Source of the DNA: Octopus vulgaris
Taxonomy: Eukaryota
NCBI GenBank assembly: GCA_951406725.2
Contig: OX597823.1
Span: forward strand, 60,574,001-60,638,000
DNA length: 64,000 nt
Reading direction: 5' to 3'
Part shown: in pieces, positions 27,388 to 40,203 of the stretch
Position numbering within the stretch: the first letter of the stretch is position 1
Layout of the letters: each line of letters opens with the position of its first letter
Notes under the pieces: generated by a model
Databases searched by the model: none
Told to the model about the DNA's origin: nothing
The model's input: the letters and a program-made list of their open reading frames with translations, nothing else
Program-made: the position numbers and the translations under genes

Positions 27388-27449
27388 ATGGGGCTCATTA
27401 CGCAGTGAAATAATTCCTCTGCAATGTGCTATTATTATTATATTTTACA

Positions 27450-27710
27450 TGCCACTCTGTAAAGTGGTTGGTATTAGGAAGGGCATGCAGTCATAAAAAC
27501 CATGCTAAAACTGACCTCGCAAGTGCTGGTGCCATATAAAAAGCACTCGGTCTGCTTTGTACAGTGGCTGTCATTAGGAAGAGCATCAAGCTGTAAAATC
27601 TATGCCAAATCAGACAGTGAAGCCCGGCGCACTCTTCTAGCATGCCAGCTCCTGTCAAACTGTCCAACTCATGCCCGCATGGAAAATGGACATTAAATGA
27701 TGATGAGGAG
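27450..27710 (+). mobile_element. Retroposon family E with a (GAT)n tail
   Basis: GGTTGGTATTAGGAAGGGCAT...CATGCCCGCATGGAAAATGGACATTAAATGATGATG. Related pieces at 23105-23182, 34222-34400 (-), 37312-37452 and 54272-54490 (-). Confidence 0.7.
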
Positions 27711-27719
27711 GAGAATGAT

Positions 27720-27925
27720 TAAGGTAGAAAGCTGGTAGAATAGTTAGCATGCTGAATAAAATACCTAGTGGCATTTCTGTCTATATGTTCTGAGTTCAAA
27801 TTCCACCGAGGTTAACTTTGCCTTTCCTCCATTCAGGGGCTAATGAAATACGAACCGCGGGGTTGATGCAATCAAATTTCTCCCTCTCCACAAAATTTCA
27901 GGCCTTCTACCTATGGTAGAAAGAA
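27720..27925 (+). mobile_element. SINE family B
   Basis: AAGGTAGAAAGCTGGTAGAATAGTTAGC...GAGTTCAAATTCC. Confidence 0.8.
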
Positions 27926-28739
27926 TTACTATAACTTACAGTGCTAAATTCTTTACTGGCATTTCCTTTACACTTTTCTTTTTTTTTTTGTTTTTGTTTG
28001 CTCATTCTTTATCTTGCATTTAGTAAATAATAGCGTTATTGAATACAGCTTTTTCCCATGAGAAAAGTCAATAAACGCAATTTTGATGGTGTGATGAAGG
28101 ATTATCTGTGCAACTCGGCAGAACAAATACCACGTGGGGTATTTTTTATTGGAAGTACCAGTTCATTTTTTTCTTTTACTCAAGGATGTTTTATATATTT
28201 CATTAGTTTACTTATGTGAAAGATGTACACACACATACTCATATATATTATATATGCATACATACATGCATTCGAATATACATATATATAAACATATAAA
28301 TATTTATATTCATATATATACATAAATACATACACACACACACACATATATACATACACATAAATGGATATAGATATGTACATACATACACACATATACA
28401 CATAAATACATCTATACATATATAGTATATATATATACACATAAGCACACACATGCATACACACACATATATGCACACACACACAAACACACACATGATG
28501 GTATTTCACAGTTTCTTTCCACCAAATTCCATTCACCAGATGTTAGTGAACCAAGGGCTTTTCTAGAAGTCACTTACCAAAAGTTCCACCCAGTAGAATC
28601 AAACTTGAAAACACCTGGCTGGAAAGCAATCTCCTCAAACTACACAGTTTATACTCGTGCCAATGCAACCATACCTGCACCCATGTACTACTTATTTTAC
28701 ACAACACCATCTAAGAATTTCAACAAAACATGAGGGGCT

Positions 28740-28931
28740 TTAAGGGTGTTCCGAAAGGTCTTGCTGGAGGCCCAGCCTTCCAAGTTCTTTTACAGGGCTT
28801 AGAAAAACTGAAAGACTGCTGCAATAAGTGTGTGAATCTGAGGTGGGGAATATGTTGAATAAAATTATAATTAACTGATCCTCCTGTATTTTTTTTTACC
28901 CAAAGCCAGGAACTTTTCAGTACCCCCTCAC
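28740..28931 (+). mobile_element. Mariner 3' end / deleted derivative
   Basis: Relic LEKLKDCCNKCVNL..EYVE* followed by TIR AGGAACTTTTCAGTACCCCCTC. Confidence 0.7.
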
Positions 28932-28934
28932 ATA

Positions 28935-29285
28935 GGTGCAAGTATGACTGTGCGGTAAGAAGGTTGCTTCCCAGCCACATGGTTCTGGGTTCAGTCCCAT
29001 TGCATGGCACTTTGGACAAATGTCTTCTGAAATAGTCTTGGGCTAACCAAAGCCTTGTGAGTGGATTTGGTAGACGAAAACTGAAAGAAGCTCACTGTAT
29101 GTGTGTGTGTGTCCACTGCTTTACAACTGGTGTTGGTCAGTTTACAACTCCGTAATTTAGTGGTTCAGCAAAAGCAACCAATAGAATAAGTACCAAGCTT
29201 TAAAAAAAATAAATAGATATTCTTCAAGGCTACGCCCCAGCATGGCCACAGTCTAATAACAGAAACAACTAAAAGAAGAAAAGAT
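28935..29285 (+). mobile_element. SINE family A
   Basis: Head, body and tail all match family A. Confidence 0.85.
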
Positions 29286-29761
29286 AGCTATTTTGGAATA
29301 AAGCAAACTAAACTGGCAAACCAAATAGTTCTTTAATGTAAAGCCAAAAGTCCAATAAATATAGATTATTTGCACACATACTCAATATACACAAACACAC
29401 ATATTCATGCACACATTCAGAACAGTTTCCTGGTGGCCTTCTTTCTTTTCCTATCAATTTGTATAAAGTATATCACAGATGCTTTAATTCTTTTCTAAAT
29501 ATCCATAAAGAAATTGATTTATCATGTACATAAGAAAATATCACTGTGAATTGACTTTAAAGGCTTAAAGATATGAAAATAATTTCCTTAAATCTTTAAT
29601 ATCATAAAGTTGGAATTTTTCTACTTATAACTCATCATGTCCATTAGTCACTGAAAATCTAAGTTGTGTTAAGGAGGAAACAAAATTGATATTTTAAAAA
29701 GGAAAAAAAAATACATCTTTATTAATTTATTTGAAAATATATATAAAAAATAACTAAAAGG

Positions 29762-30059
29762 AATTATTGCAAATATGAAATATTTAAAATACCCTTTTTT
29801 TTTTAATATTGTATAATGTAGTTTTAATAGTTAAATATGAACACAACATGGTTTAGGATTCTTTCTATAGAAAAAGGAAAACTAATTAATTTTGTTTTAA
29901 TATCAACTACTCGCTTGTTAAAACAAAATAAATTTAAGTTCTATTTTCCCATTAGATGTTTAAGTCATGTTGTGTTTACTTTTAAGTATTAAACTTCTAT
30001 ATTATACAAGATTACAGAAAGTAAAAACTTATTTTAGATAATTCATATTTTCAATAATT
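29762..30059. repeat. Diverged AT-rich fold-back (~140 bp arms, ~17 bp loop)
   Basis: Matching pairs: AATTATTGCAAATATGAA / TTCATATTTTCAATAATT, TTGTATAAT / ATTATACAA, AACACAACATG / CATGTTGTGTT, ATTTTGTTTTAA / TTAAAACAAAAT. Confidence 0.85.
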
Positions 30060-30454
30060 TGTTTTGATAATTATTGTTGGAAGATTGACAGAATTATTAG
30101 AGCATTGGTTAAAATGTCTTGAGTTATTTGTTCCAGCTCTTTACATTCTGAGTTCAAATCCTGAAGAAGTTGACTACATTTTTCATCCTTCCAGAGTCAA
30201 TAAAGTAAAGTACCAGTAAACTACTGGAATCAATTTCATCAGCTAACTGCCTCCCACCAAATTTCAGATCTGCCTATACTATACTACCTATACTAGCAGT
30301 ATAGTATAGGTCTGCCTCTACTATACTGCCTATACTAGTAACAATTACACTGTGTAACACAACTTTTGTCCTTGGGTAGCAACTGTTATTTCCTATTTGG
30401 TTACCTTTAGAAGTATGAAAAATTGTTAATATTTCCTTCAAACTTTGCTTTTGG

Positions 30455-30630
30455 TACATTTATTCAAACCCAAAAGAATCCCTCTCAACATATGGCTATG
30501 ATACTCCCCCGCTACTCCTACTCATGATCAGAGATGCACATATTTTCAGCCACTAAGGGACATACTCAAATGGCTAAGGTCAAACAATTGACAAGCAAAT
30601 CTGTGGTATCAAGCAGAATATTTGCTATAA
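30455..30630 (-). mobile_element. Family C internal fragment
   Basis: Reverse complement of ~32455-32630. Confidence 0.75.
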
Positions 30631-30999
30631 CGGTATTTCTGCTTCAGCATACTCAATGTTGAATCTGTCTGAAATATAATGGTCAGTTTCAAAACATTGA
30701 TGTCCAGGTCATAAAAGCAAAGTTTGAAAAGACTAGCAGTTATTTTCTTTGATTTCTAGATAGAAGCAAATTGGAAATAACACTTGCTGACCAAAGAGAA
30801 AAAGAAAAAAAATTAAAATGTTACTACACTGTGTTATTAATCCTTTAGAATTCAGCTTATTCTGCTAAATGCAATGCTTATGTATTCACATTGGTTTGAA
30901 TTAATTATGCGTTATGGTGTAGCTTCAAAATTTCAATGATGTGACTATTTATTTTTAGAATGACATTGTAGAGTAAGTGTTCGATGTTGATCTGATCAT

Positions 31000-31195
31000 G
31001 TATGGAAAAATGGAAAATTACCTCCCCCTGTGGGATGAAGTTAAAATAATAGACAGGGAATACCACTGGAAAATACGAAAACTAAAAGAAGCAGCACATA
31101 TGCTAGGACACAACAACCGCCTAAGCAGACCGAATACAGATATGGATAGCATGTGGGAACCGGTATTAAGGAAAGATAGAAAAATATTAGATTTA
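31000..31195 (+). pseudogene. Penelope-like element GIY-YIG endonuclease C-terminal fragment
   Basis: WDEVKIIDREYHWKIRKLKEAAHMLGHNNRLSRP...WEPVL matches the PLE endonuclease C-terminal pattern (W..I..E..W..R..KEA.....N..R......W.P.L). Confidence 0.8.
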
Positions 31196-32358
31196 TAAGC
31201 CCTAAAATTCACTCCATAATTATTAATAATAATAATGACATTATTATAATGATTAAATATATATAGTCCAAGATACATCAAAATGCAAAACAAAAAAACA
31301 TTATGGTCATAGATAGATTGCTTTTGATCATAAGTTTGTTCAATCTGGGGTCACCTAAGGATAAACACTACCACTGACAACAACAGCATCAAATTTTTAA
31401 AAAGATTAAAGTTTAAAATTCCAATAAGTGGCATTGATTCTGAAGAGAAAAATATTGAATGTAGTATAAAGTTTAGTACCAATATTTTACAATATCACTG
31501 CTGTAACTGAATAACAACTGTAGGCTCTAGACATAATATTTTGTATCACAATAAATATTTTATTTATATAAATCAATTACTATTTAAATTAATCACTTCA
31601 AATAATTTCATAATTGAGTAATCATAACCCAAACCTAACGATAAAAATGTTCCACAAGAAAAACATTGAATGTTAATTAGCTTGACATATATATATGTTT
31701 TCCAAATTTTGTACTGAAGCAACTAGTGTGTATGTATGTTTGTAAGTATGTAATTTTCTTTTTTTTTTTAACCTTCCAGCATCATTCTTATGATGTAGCA
31801 CCCCTGCTTATCCAATGCTCTACTTCACAATACTTCAAAGCATCATAGCTGGAACCAGTCTTGTGAACTTGACCGTATTTATGCAGCACATCCTTATTTT
31901 AGAGGTAAAAGCAAGCAACGGCCTCAACTGTAAGTGATTCCCAAAAGACCGCAGAGAAGGCAAAATAAAACTTTTCTTTGATATATAGCTGAACTTCCTT
32001 TCAAGAAAATGAAGAAAAATATGTAAACCGTACGCATTCACACATATCTATATTCATACAAACCCACGTACACACACACACACACACACATACATCTACA
32101 AACATGTTTCTTAACAATTAGCAACAATGGTATGGAAATAATCTTTATTCAAAAGGTTATAAGCAAGGTTAAATAAAAAAATATATTTATTACAAGTTAA
32201 TAATACAGAAAACATTTTTATTTTCATCAGTTGGTGGAAATAACTTGACCAAAATTTGCCTCACATATAGTTACATTTAACAAGTTGATTATTGTGATTT
32301 AAAACTACACACACACACACACACACACATAATAATAATAATAATAATAATAATAATT

Positions 32359-32890
32359 GCCCTGATGCAGTACCAGGCAGTGGCTCTCGTGGCTTCTGAT
32401 CTTAACTGATTGGAAGTGTTATCATTTACATTGTTTTGTCTTGGTATAAAAGATGGGCTACAGCAAATATTCTGCTTAATACCACAGATTTACTTGTCAG
32501 TTGTTTGACCATAACCAGTTGAGCATGTCCCTTGGTGGCTGATGATATGTGCATCTCTGATCACGAGCAGAAGTAGTAGGGGAGCATCATAGCCATGCGT
32601 TGAGAGGGATTCTTTGGGGTTTGGATAATTCACCTCTGGAAACATGGGTGTTTCGTTAAACATCCTTAAACAACCCTTGTTCAGGGACTTTTGAGTGGGA
32701 TGGGCTACTCGACCTGAAGAAAATTCTAACTGGGCCCCACCTGCAAGGTTATGTGCTGTTTATCTTGATATGAGATCACCATGTCGCGCACATATGGTTG
32801 TGATGCAAGCGCCTAGTGTACCCTTATCAGATAGGTAGTCATGATGGGTATACTGGGCTTCGTATATTTTACCCCAGTGTCACTTTGATG

Positions 32891-32891
<1 letters not shown>
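32359..32891 (+). mobile_element. Family C element between two (AAT)n tracts
   Basis: Best-preserved copy; (AAT)n lies on both sides. Confidence 0.88.
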
Positions 32892-32934
<43 letters not shown>

Positions 32935-33418
32935 TTGAAGATGATGATGATGAGGATGATAAATAGAGTGACAGTGGTGGTATTAATTCCAGAAGGTAAA
33001 ATATGCACCACTTAAAAGTAGATGTTGTTAGAACAGACAAATACTGCAATATTTACCAAGAGAGAAAACTCTTATATAGGGTGCATAAAAACACATCACA
33101 GCTATTGCCAGTGGCCGACAATCTCGTTATTTTTGCCACTTAAACTACCAAATCAGGTGTACATACATATGTGGAAATGGTTGAACCAGGTGTGTAACAA
33201 AATAACGATATTGGTTGTGGCTCTTTGTAGTATTCACGTGTTAAACTCACTTGGTATGATTAAATGCTTGTTTTAAATTGCATTTATAATTTGCCATTAT
33301 CAATATTCCATGGCAAAAATGTGTGTAACAGATGTGAAGTAGGAGGAAGAAAATACCAAATTCATGCTTCATGTTTCTCTGTCATAATATATATATGTAT
33401 AATGTGTTGCTGTGTGCA

Positions 33419-33463
<45 letters not shown>

Positions 33464-33691
33464 ATGTGCGTGCGTGTGTGAGACAGACTTCTTTCAGTTT
33501 ACCTCATCTAGTCACATAGCCTTGGGTTGGTAGACACCAGCCCCAAGGTACTGCTCAGTGAGACAAGCCAAAACCCTAAGTTTAGAAAGTGATATGCTTA
33601 ACCATAAAGGTATGCCAGCAATGAATGAATGAAGGAAGGAATGAATGAGTGAATAAATGAGTGAATGAATGCTTGTGTGTATGCTTGCATT

Positions 33692-33729
<38 letters not shown>

Positions 33730-33732
<3 letters not shown>

Positions 33733-33930
33733 GTTGGTACAAAAGTAGGTTTACAGTTATCACGTAAGCACTTTAAATTCCTATCTTACAAACTGTGGAG
33801 TTTGACAAAATTAACTAAATTAGCATAGAATAATGGTTTCATATTTTCTTATAATTAAGATCTAAACTGTTAATATATGAATGCAAAAGGGATAGTTGAA
33901 TAACTGTAAACCTACCTCTGGACCACCCTG
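33730..33930. mobile_element. Tc1/mariner-type MITE in (TA)n
   Basis: ~30 bp TIRs GGGTTGGTACAAAAGTAGGTTTACAGTTA / TAACTGTAAACCTACCTCTGGACCACCCTG. Confidence 0.8.
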
Positions 33931-33931
33931 C

Positions 33932-33965
<34 letters not shown>

Positions 33966-33997
33966 TGAGAGAGAGCGAGAGAGAGAGAGAAATATAC

Positions 33998-34029
<32 letters not shown>

Positions 34030-34222
34030 TAGTCGCTATGATAGATCGTTAGCCACTACACACATTTTTTCTCTCCTTGTTTTTTCTGTGTCCCTTTCTG
34101 TAGAAGAGTGTAGGCTCGAAACATAAAAGACTTTTTCTATTCCTGAGCATTATACTAATACATCTGTTTGTTTTGTACACCACCTGTCTTCGTCTTTGTT
34201 TTTTTCGTAAACTCTCCCTATA
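34030..34222 (+). mobile_element. Penelope-like terminus with a hammerhead-like fold at 34093-34130
   Basis: CCTTT-CTGTAGAA-GAGT-gtag-GCTC-GAAA-CATA-AAAGA. Same family as 40185-40375 and 59565-59630 (-). Confidence 0.65.
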
Positions 34223-34414
34223 TCATCATCATCATCATCATCATCATCATTTAACGTCCGCTTTCCATGCTAGCATGGGTTGGACGGTTCAACTGGGGTC
34301 TGGGGAGCCCGAAGGACCGACAGGTGCCAGACGAGGCTGGCGAACGGCCATGCTCGGATGGTGTTTTTTATGTGCCACCGATACAGGTGCCAGATGAGGC
34401 TGGCATATATATAT

Positions 34415-34772
34415 ATATAAGGTTTTTAAGAATGAAATGTCCAATTGTCTTACGCACCAAGTTTGACAGTCATTAACTCTAATGTTTTATCCTAACAATT
34501 CCTTGTTTTACAACATTGAAGAGTTACAGCATCACTTTTTGAAATGCAGTTCATGGTGTCTGATTATATTGTGAGTTTTCTCATGTAAATCAATTTTTGT
34601 GAACCCATGGATAGATCAAAAATTCATATTGTTTATGAATGAGTTCTGTAGTGGAACCAATGCATTTCAGACAGCTCAAAATATCAATGAAGAGTTTTGT
34701 GAAGATGAGGCAAATGAGCGCACTGTATGTTGATGGTTTGAGAAGTTCCAGTCCGGTGACTTTACTCTTGCT
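34415..34772 (+). mobile_element. 5' fragment of a mariner transposon
   Basis: Relic GTNAFQTAQNINEEFCEDEANERTVC*WFEKFQSGDFTL (mariner HTH, WF.KF.SG motif). Confidence 0.8.
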
Positions 34773-35929
34773 GCAGCTCTCCAACTTACTAGCTCTTGTC
34801 AATCTGTCTACCCCATGACAGCAGTGAAAATAGACGTTAAATTATAATAATGATAATGATGATGATGAGTTGGCAAATACTGAACCCTAATTCATAATTC
34901 TAATTCTAGATAAAAGGATAAAAAAATCTGCTTATATCATATGAAACCCAAGTGTTATAAAGAAAACTGGTAGTAATTACCTAGAATATAATGAAACTAA
35001 TCCAAAAGCACAGTCTTCGGTTATATGACTGAACATCAACTGACCAACAAGAGAAGCTATATAAGGTCATTCAACTTGCTAAAATAGCAGCCAAGTAAAT
35101 CTCTCTTGATAGACATCAAAAAAGGAAAATAAAAAGACATATTAAACAATGAAATCTTTGATACACAGAAAAAAGTTGAATGGTCATGGCTGGAACATTT
35201 ATGGTCATGGGTCTGCTCAACCAGGGATGACATGACCCCCCCCCCCCCCCAACAACAATAACAGGAGCTAAAACAAACAACATATAACAATATATCTGGT
35301 AACATAATAAATAAATAAATTTTGATTTTTGAATTACAGGAAGAGGGGAAACAAAGTTAAATTGTTTAGATAAGGCCAAAGCACTTGAGATATTTTGAGG
35401 AGGGGGGGCGGTTGGTTTAGGAGAAAAGGAAGTTTTAATGATTTATTGTTGTTTTGTTTTGTTTTTTTCCTAGGATTTTTAGTAATATAAGTAAAGCCCA
35501 AACTGACCTCAACCAGAAAATGAAACAGGATTAACAGTTCAAGTGACAAGGGGGGAAACTAACAATAACAATAACAGCAAATAGAGCTGATAAAGGACTG
35601 ATATATTTTAGGATAAGCAATAATAAGTAACACTTATATTGGGGTATTGTTCATTTATTCTGGGAAGGTGCAGCTGTTTGATACTGAAATGTTCTATAGC
35701 ACATTCCCCCACCTCCACTTACCCACCCACATTCACACACATCCACTCACCTCGCCCATACAAACACACACACACACACAAAACAAAAATGCAATCTATC
35801 TTCTTGGCAAATAAACAAACACCAATTCATTGCAATCATGAGCCAACCAATAATGATGGAGCTTTATATGGTTAGTCAGTCCGCTAGAAATAACAGTCAG
35901 ACCTCTCTTGAATCTCATCCTTATCTTGT

Positions 35930-36950
35930 AATAATTCTTTCTAATTTTGGCACAATGTCTGCAATTTTGAGGGGAAGGGCAAGTTGATTAGCTACACTGA
36001 ACACCCCTCCCCCTCTTCGTGCTCAGCTGGTACTGGTTTTTTTTACCTTTAAGAAATAAGAGGCAAAGTGGTACTGATTTTTTTGACCTCAGTGGTATTT
36101 GAACTCACAATGTAGTTTCAAATTTTGACACAAGGCCAGTACATATTTTATCAACCCCGAAAGGAGGAAAGGCAAAGTTGACCATGGTGGTCAATGAAAT
36201 GTCGCTAAACATTTTGTTCATCGTGCTAACAATTCTTATTTCTTTATTGCCCACAAGGGGCTAAACATAGAGGGGACAAACAAGGACAGACAAAGGGATT
36301 AAGTCGATTACATCGACTCCAGTGCATAACTAGTACTTTATTTATCGACCCCAAAAGAATGAAAGGCAAAGTCGACCTCGGCGGAATTTGAACTCAGAAC
36401 GTAACGGCAGACAAAATACCACTAAGCATTTCGCCCGGCATGCAAACGATTCTGCCAGCTTGCTGTCTTATTTGAACTGAGAATGTAATAATCCTTTCTA
36501 CTATAGGAGCAAGGCCTGAAATCTGTGGGGAGGGGACTAGTTAATTATATCGCCCCCCACCCCGTACTTGACTGGTACTTATTTCCCCCCCCCCAATCCC
36601 ACCGAAAGGATGAAAACCAAAACCAACATCAGTGAAATTTGATCCGAGGTCAGGACATAAAGACAGACAAAATGCCACTATGCATCTGGTCCAGTATGCT
36701 AACAATTCTGCCAGCTCAATGCCTAACTCAGAACTTGATAATTGTTTCAAATTTTACTACAAGAGTAGCTTGGGAATGAATTGATTACATCGATTCCCAG
36801 TGTTCAACTGGTACTTACTTTATTGACCTCAAAAGGATGAAAGGCAAAGTCAATCTCAGTGGAATTTGAACTCAGAATGTAGTGACAGGCGAAATACTGC
36901 TAAACATTTCGAGCAGCATGCTGACAATTCTACCTGCTCACCACCTCAGC
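35930..36950 (-). mobile_element. Cluster of ~5 nested/tandem SINE family B copies
   Basis: Repeated GAAAGGATGAAAGGCAAAGTCGACCTCGGCGGAATTTGAACTCAG. A young copy lies at 36237-36470. Confidence 0.85.
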
Positions 36951-38589
36951 TCAGAACTTAATAAGAGTAGATTAAAAAAAACTTTATCTTAATTTTGAGA
37001 AATAAAAGAAGTATCAAAAAACCGCATTATTTATGGGATGACCCAATATATATGTAAGAGGTGGGGGTCTGAGAAGCATGTAGCCCTCCACCCTCAAGAA
37101 AAGAAGTGTGCCCTTCTAAATAATGTTATTATGCCCTTTCCTCCTGGGATTGCATTCCCTTCTGACCTTGTACCCTCACTTCAAAGAATTCTTGGGACCA
37201 CGTCTGAATATTGTGATGTAGATTGGGTTTCAGCAACCAGTGGGTAACCAAACTGGCCATCTGCTCCTTTAAAGGTGACATACCCTTAACTACAGTAAAT
37301 GCACATATATAATGGCATTAGGAAGGGCATCCAGCTGTTGAAATCATACCAAAATAGACAATTAGAGCCGGGACAGCTCTCTGGCTGGTCAGCTTCTGCC
37401 AGACTGTTCAACCCATATCAGCATGGAATCTGGATGTTAAACGATGATGATGTAGCCACCACAGCATGGTGTGCACACCCTATACTACACCATTGCTAAC
37501 ACTCCGCCTCTGTTTCCAAACAGAAATAGAATTCTATGGAATTTTTTTCCTGCCTACATTTTTCTTCCTTTTTTGAAAATCCATTTTTTCGAAACAAGAT
37601 GAGCAGGTATGGCTGTGTGGTTTACAAGTTTGCTTTCCAACCGCATGACTTGGGATTCCCATTACATAGAATTTATGGGGACTGTCTTCTACTACAGTCC
37701 TGAGCTGACCAAAGCCTTGCAAGGGGACATGGTGGATGGAAACTGAAAGAAACTGATCATTTATAAATACATACATACATACATGTGTGTGTGCATGCTT
37801 CTCCTGTCATCATGTGATTATTATAAACCATGTGATTATTATAATCATCATGTGATTATAATAAATTAATTTTGTCTACTTCCAATATTCTGTAAAAACT
37901 TGCTTGACCATAGGACAGGGAAATATTAACTTATATGAAAACAGGGGAGAGCTAGTGACAAGAAGAGCATCCAGCCATAGAGAAATCAGCTTCAATAAAT
38001 TCTGAATAACGAAGACCCTTTCCAGCACAGCCACCCTGGCTTTAACAGCTACCAATATCTCAACATAAATATACAGGGATTTAATGTGCTGGCAGGGATT
38101 TTCAAAAAACAGAAACCCAATTTCCAGAGTTGATGAAGACCTGCAGTAAGGTAAAATACTAGATTTGGTGAGGACATTGACCTTTTCCCTGAATAACAAT
38201 CAATGGTGAAAGCAGATTGGCTAATGTTGAGAATGCGAGATTTCTAACATCCTCCTTACTTTATGGAAACAAAAATAGATGTTGAAGATATATATACAAA
38301 TAGTTGATTACAAACATTAATAGCCAAAGATTTTCATACATATGCTTGTACCTATAGCAAAAGAAGAACAAGCAATAGTCTGTGGATATTTGAGTTACTT
38401 GGGGATATAAAATTCCTTAGAGAAAATGAGAAGACATTTGAAAGTCAGAATTTAGAAGGTATTTAGAATAATTAACCTGCTGGGGATTTGGCTGTGAAAT
38501 GAAGTTGGGTCATTTCTTAATCTAAAAGTAGTTTGTTTGTATATCCTTTGGAAGTGAATATTTTTACCTTGTAATAAGTAGGTATCTTA

Positions 38590-38824
38590 CCTTTTATCTT
38601 TTGCTTGTTTCACTCACTAGACTGCAGCCAAGCTACAGCACCACCTTGAAGACTTTTTAGTCAAATAAATCAACCCTAATATTTTGGGGTTTTTTTTTAA
38701 ACCCAATACTTATTCTATCTGTCTCTTTTGCTGAACTGGTAAGTTATGGAGACATAAACACACCGACACCATTTGTCAAGTGATAGTAGGGAACAAACAC
38801 AAACACAACGACACACACTCATAG

Positions 38825-38866
<42 letters not shown>

Positions 38867-39216
38867 GCATTTTGTCTGTCACTACATTCTGAGTTCAAAT
38901 TCCACTGAGGTCGACTTCGTCTTTCATCCTTTCGGGCTTGATTAAATAAGTACCATTTACACACAGAGGTCCAATAGAATAGCTCTCAGAAACAGATTGT
39001 GTACAAATTCATTCTTCACAACTCCTGAAGCTGTTTTCTGACAAGGGGGAAGGTGGAGTCAGGAAATTTTCATACAGCTGGAGGCACCAATCGAAACAGG
39101 GGACCCGAAATGATAAGGTTGAGAAACGCTGTTATAGATTATGCCAAAAGTGAAAACGATCACAGCCACATCATCCAAACAGACCGAGTGAAACCGGGCT
39201 TAGCTGCAAGTATATT

Positions 39217-39289
<73 letters not shown>

Positions 39290-39992
39290 GGCTTCTTCCA
39301 GTTTCCGTCTACTAAATAGTAGAAGACACTTGCCTACGATGCCATGGAGTGGGACTGAACCTGGAACCATGTGGTTGGGAAGCAAGCTTCTTACCACACA
39401 GCCACTCCTATTCACTTTTTTTTTTTGTTTTTGTACAAGGTAAAATAATCTTTTCTACAAAAGGCACAAGGCCTAAAATTTGGGAATTTGGTGTGAGGGA
39501 AATAGTCGATTACATCGACCCAAGTACTCGACTGGTACTTATTTAATCGACCTGTAAAGGATTAAAGGCAAGGTTGATCTCGATGGAATTTGAATTCAGA
39601 ACGTAATCTTTTCTACTATAGGTACAAGGCCTGATTTTTTTTTGGTGGGGGGGAGTGCAGTCGATTTGATCGACTCCAGTACACAACTGGTACTTAATTT
39701 ATCGACCCCGAAAGGATGAAAGGTAAAGTCGACCTCGACGGAATTTGAACCCAGAACGTAATGACGGACGAAAAGCCGTGTGTGTGTTTGTGTTTGTGTG
39801 TCTGTCCCCGTTCCCCCACCGCTCGACAACTGGTGCAAGTGTGTTAACATTCCCGTAACTTAGTCGTTTGGCAAAAAGCATTCGATAGAATAAGTACCTC
39901 GCTTAACAGAAAATATGTACTGGAGTCGATTTCAAAGCGGTGCCCCATCTTGGCCGCAGTCTAAATGACTAAAAACAAGTAATCGCTAAAAG
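38590..39992. mobile_element. Patchwork of SINE A and B pieces
   Basis: A(-) halves at 38590-38820 and 39285-39408, B(+) at 38865-38958, B(-) x2 at 39445-39775, and an A(+) 3' half at 39775-39992. Confidence 0.8.
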
Positions 39993-40203
39993 ATGTGTTC
40001 ATTTGTTTTTAGTAAACGTTAGGTTTTAGTGTCTGTATCAGACATTTAAATATCAACCTGCTTGAAATCACCTGTAGAAAGTTATTTAAATTATAAAACG
40101 TTGATCAGAATCTCGTTATAAAATGAATTATATATATATATATATTTTTTCTTTCCTTCATATTTGTTTTTCTTTCCTTCTTTCTGTGTTTTTTCTCTGT
40201 GTA

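Noticed and set aside
37876-38199. 107 aa minus-strand ORF
   Set aside because: It begins in unique DNA and runs into a degraded repeat; no recognisable domain or splice signals.
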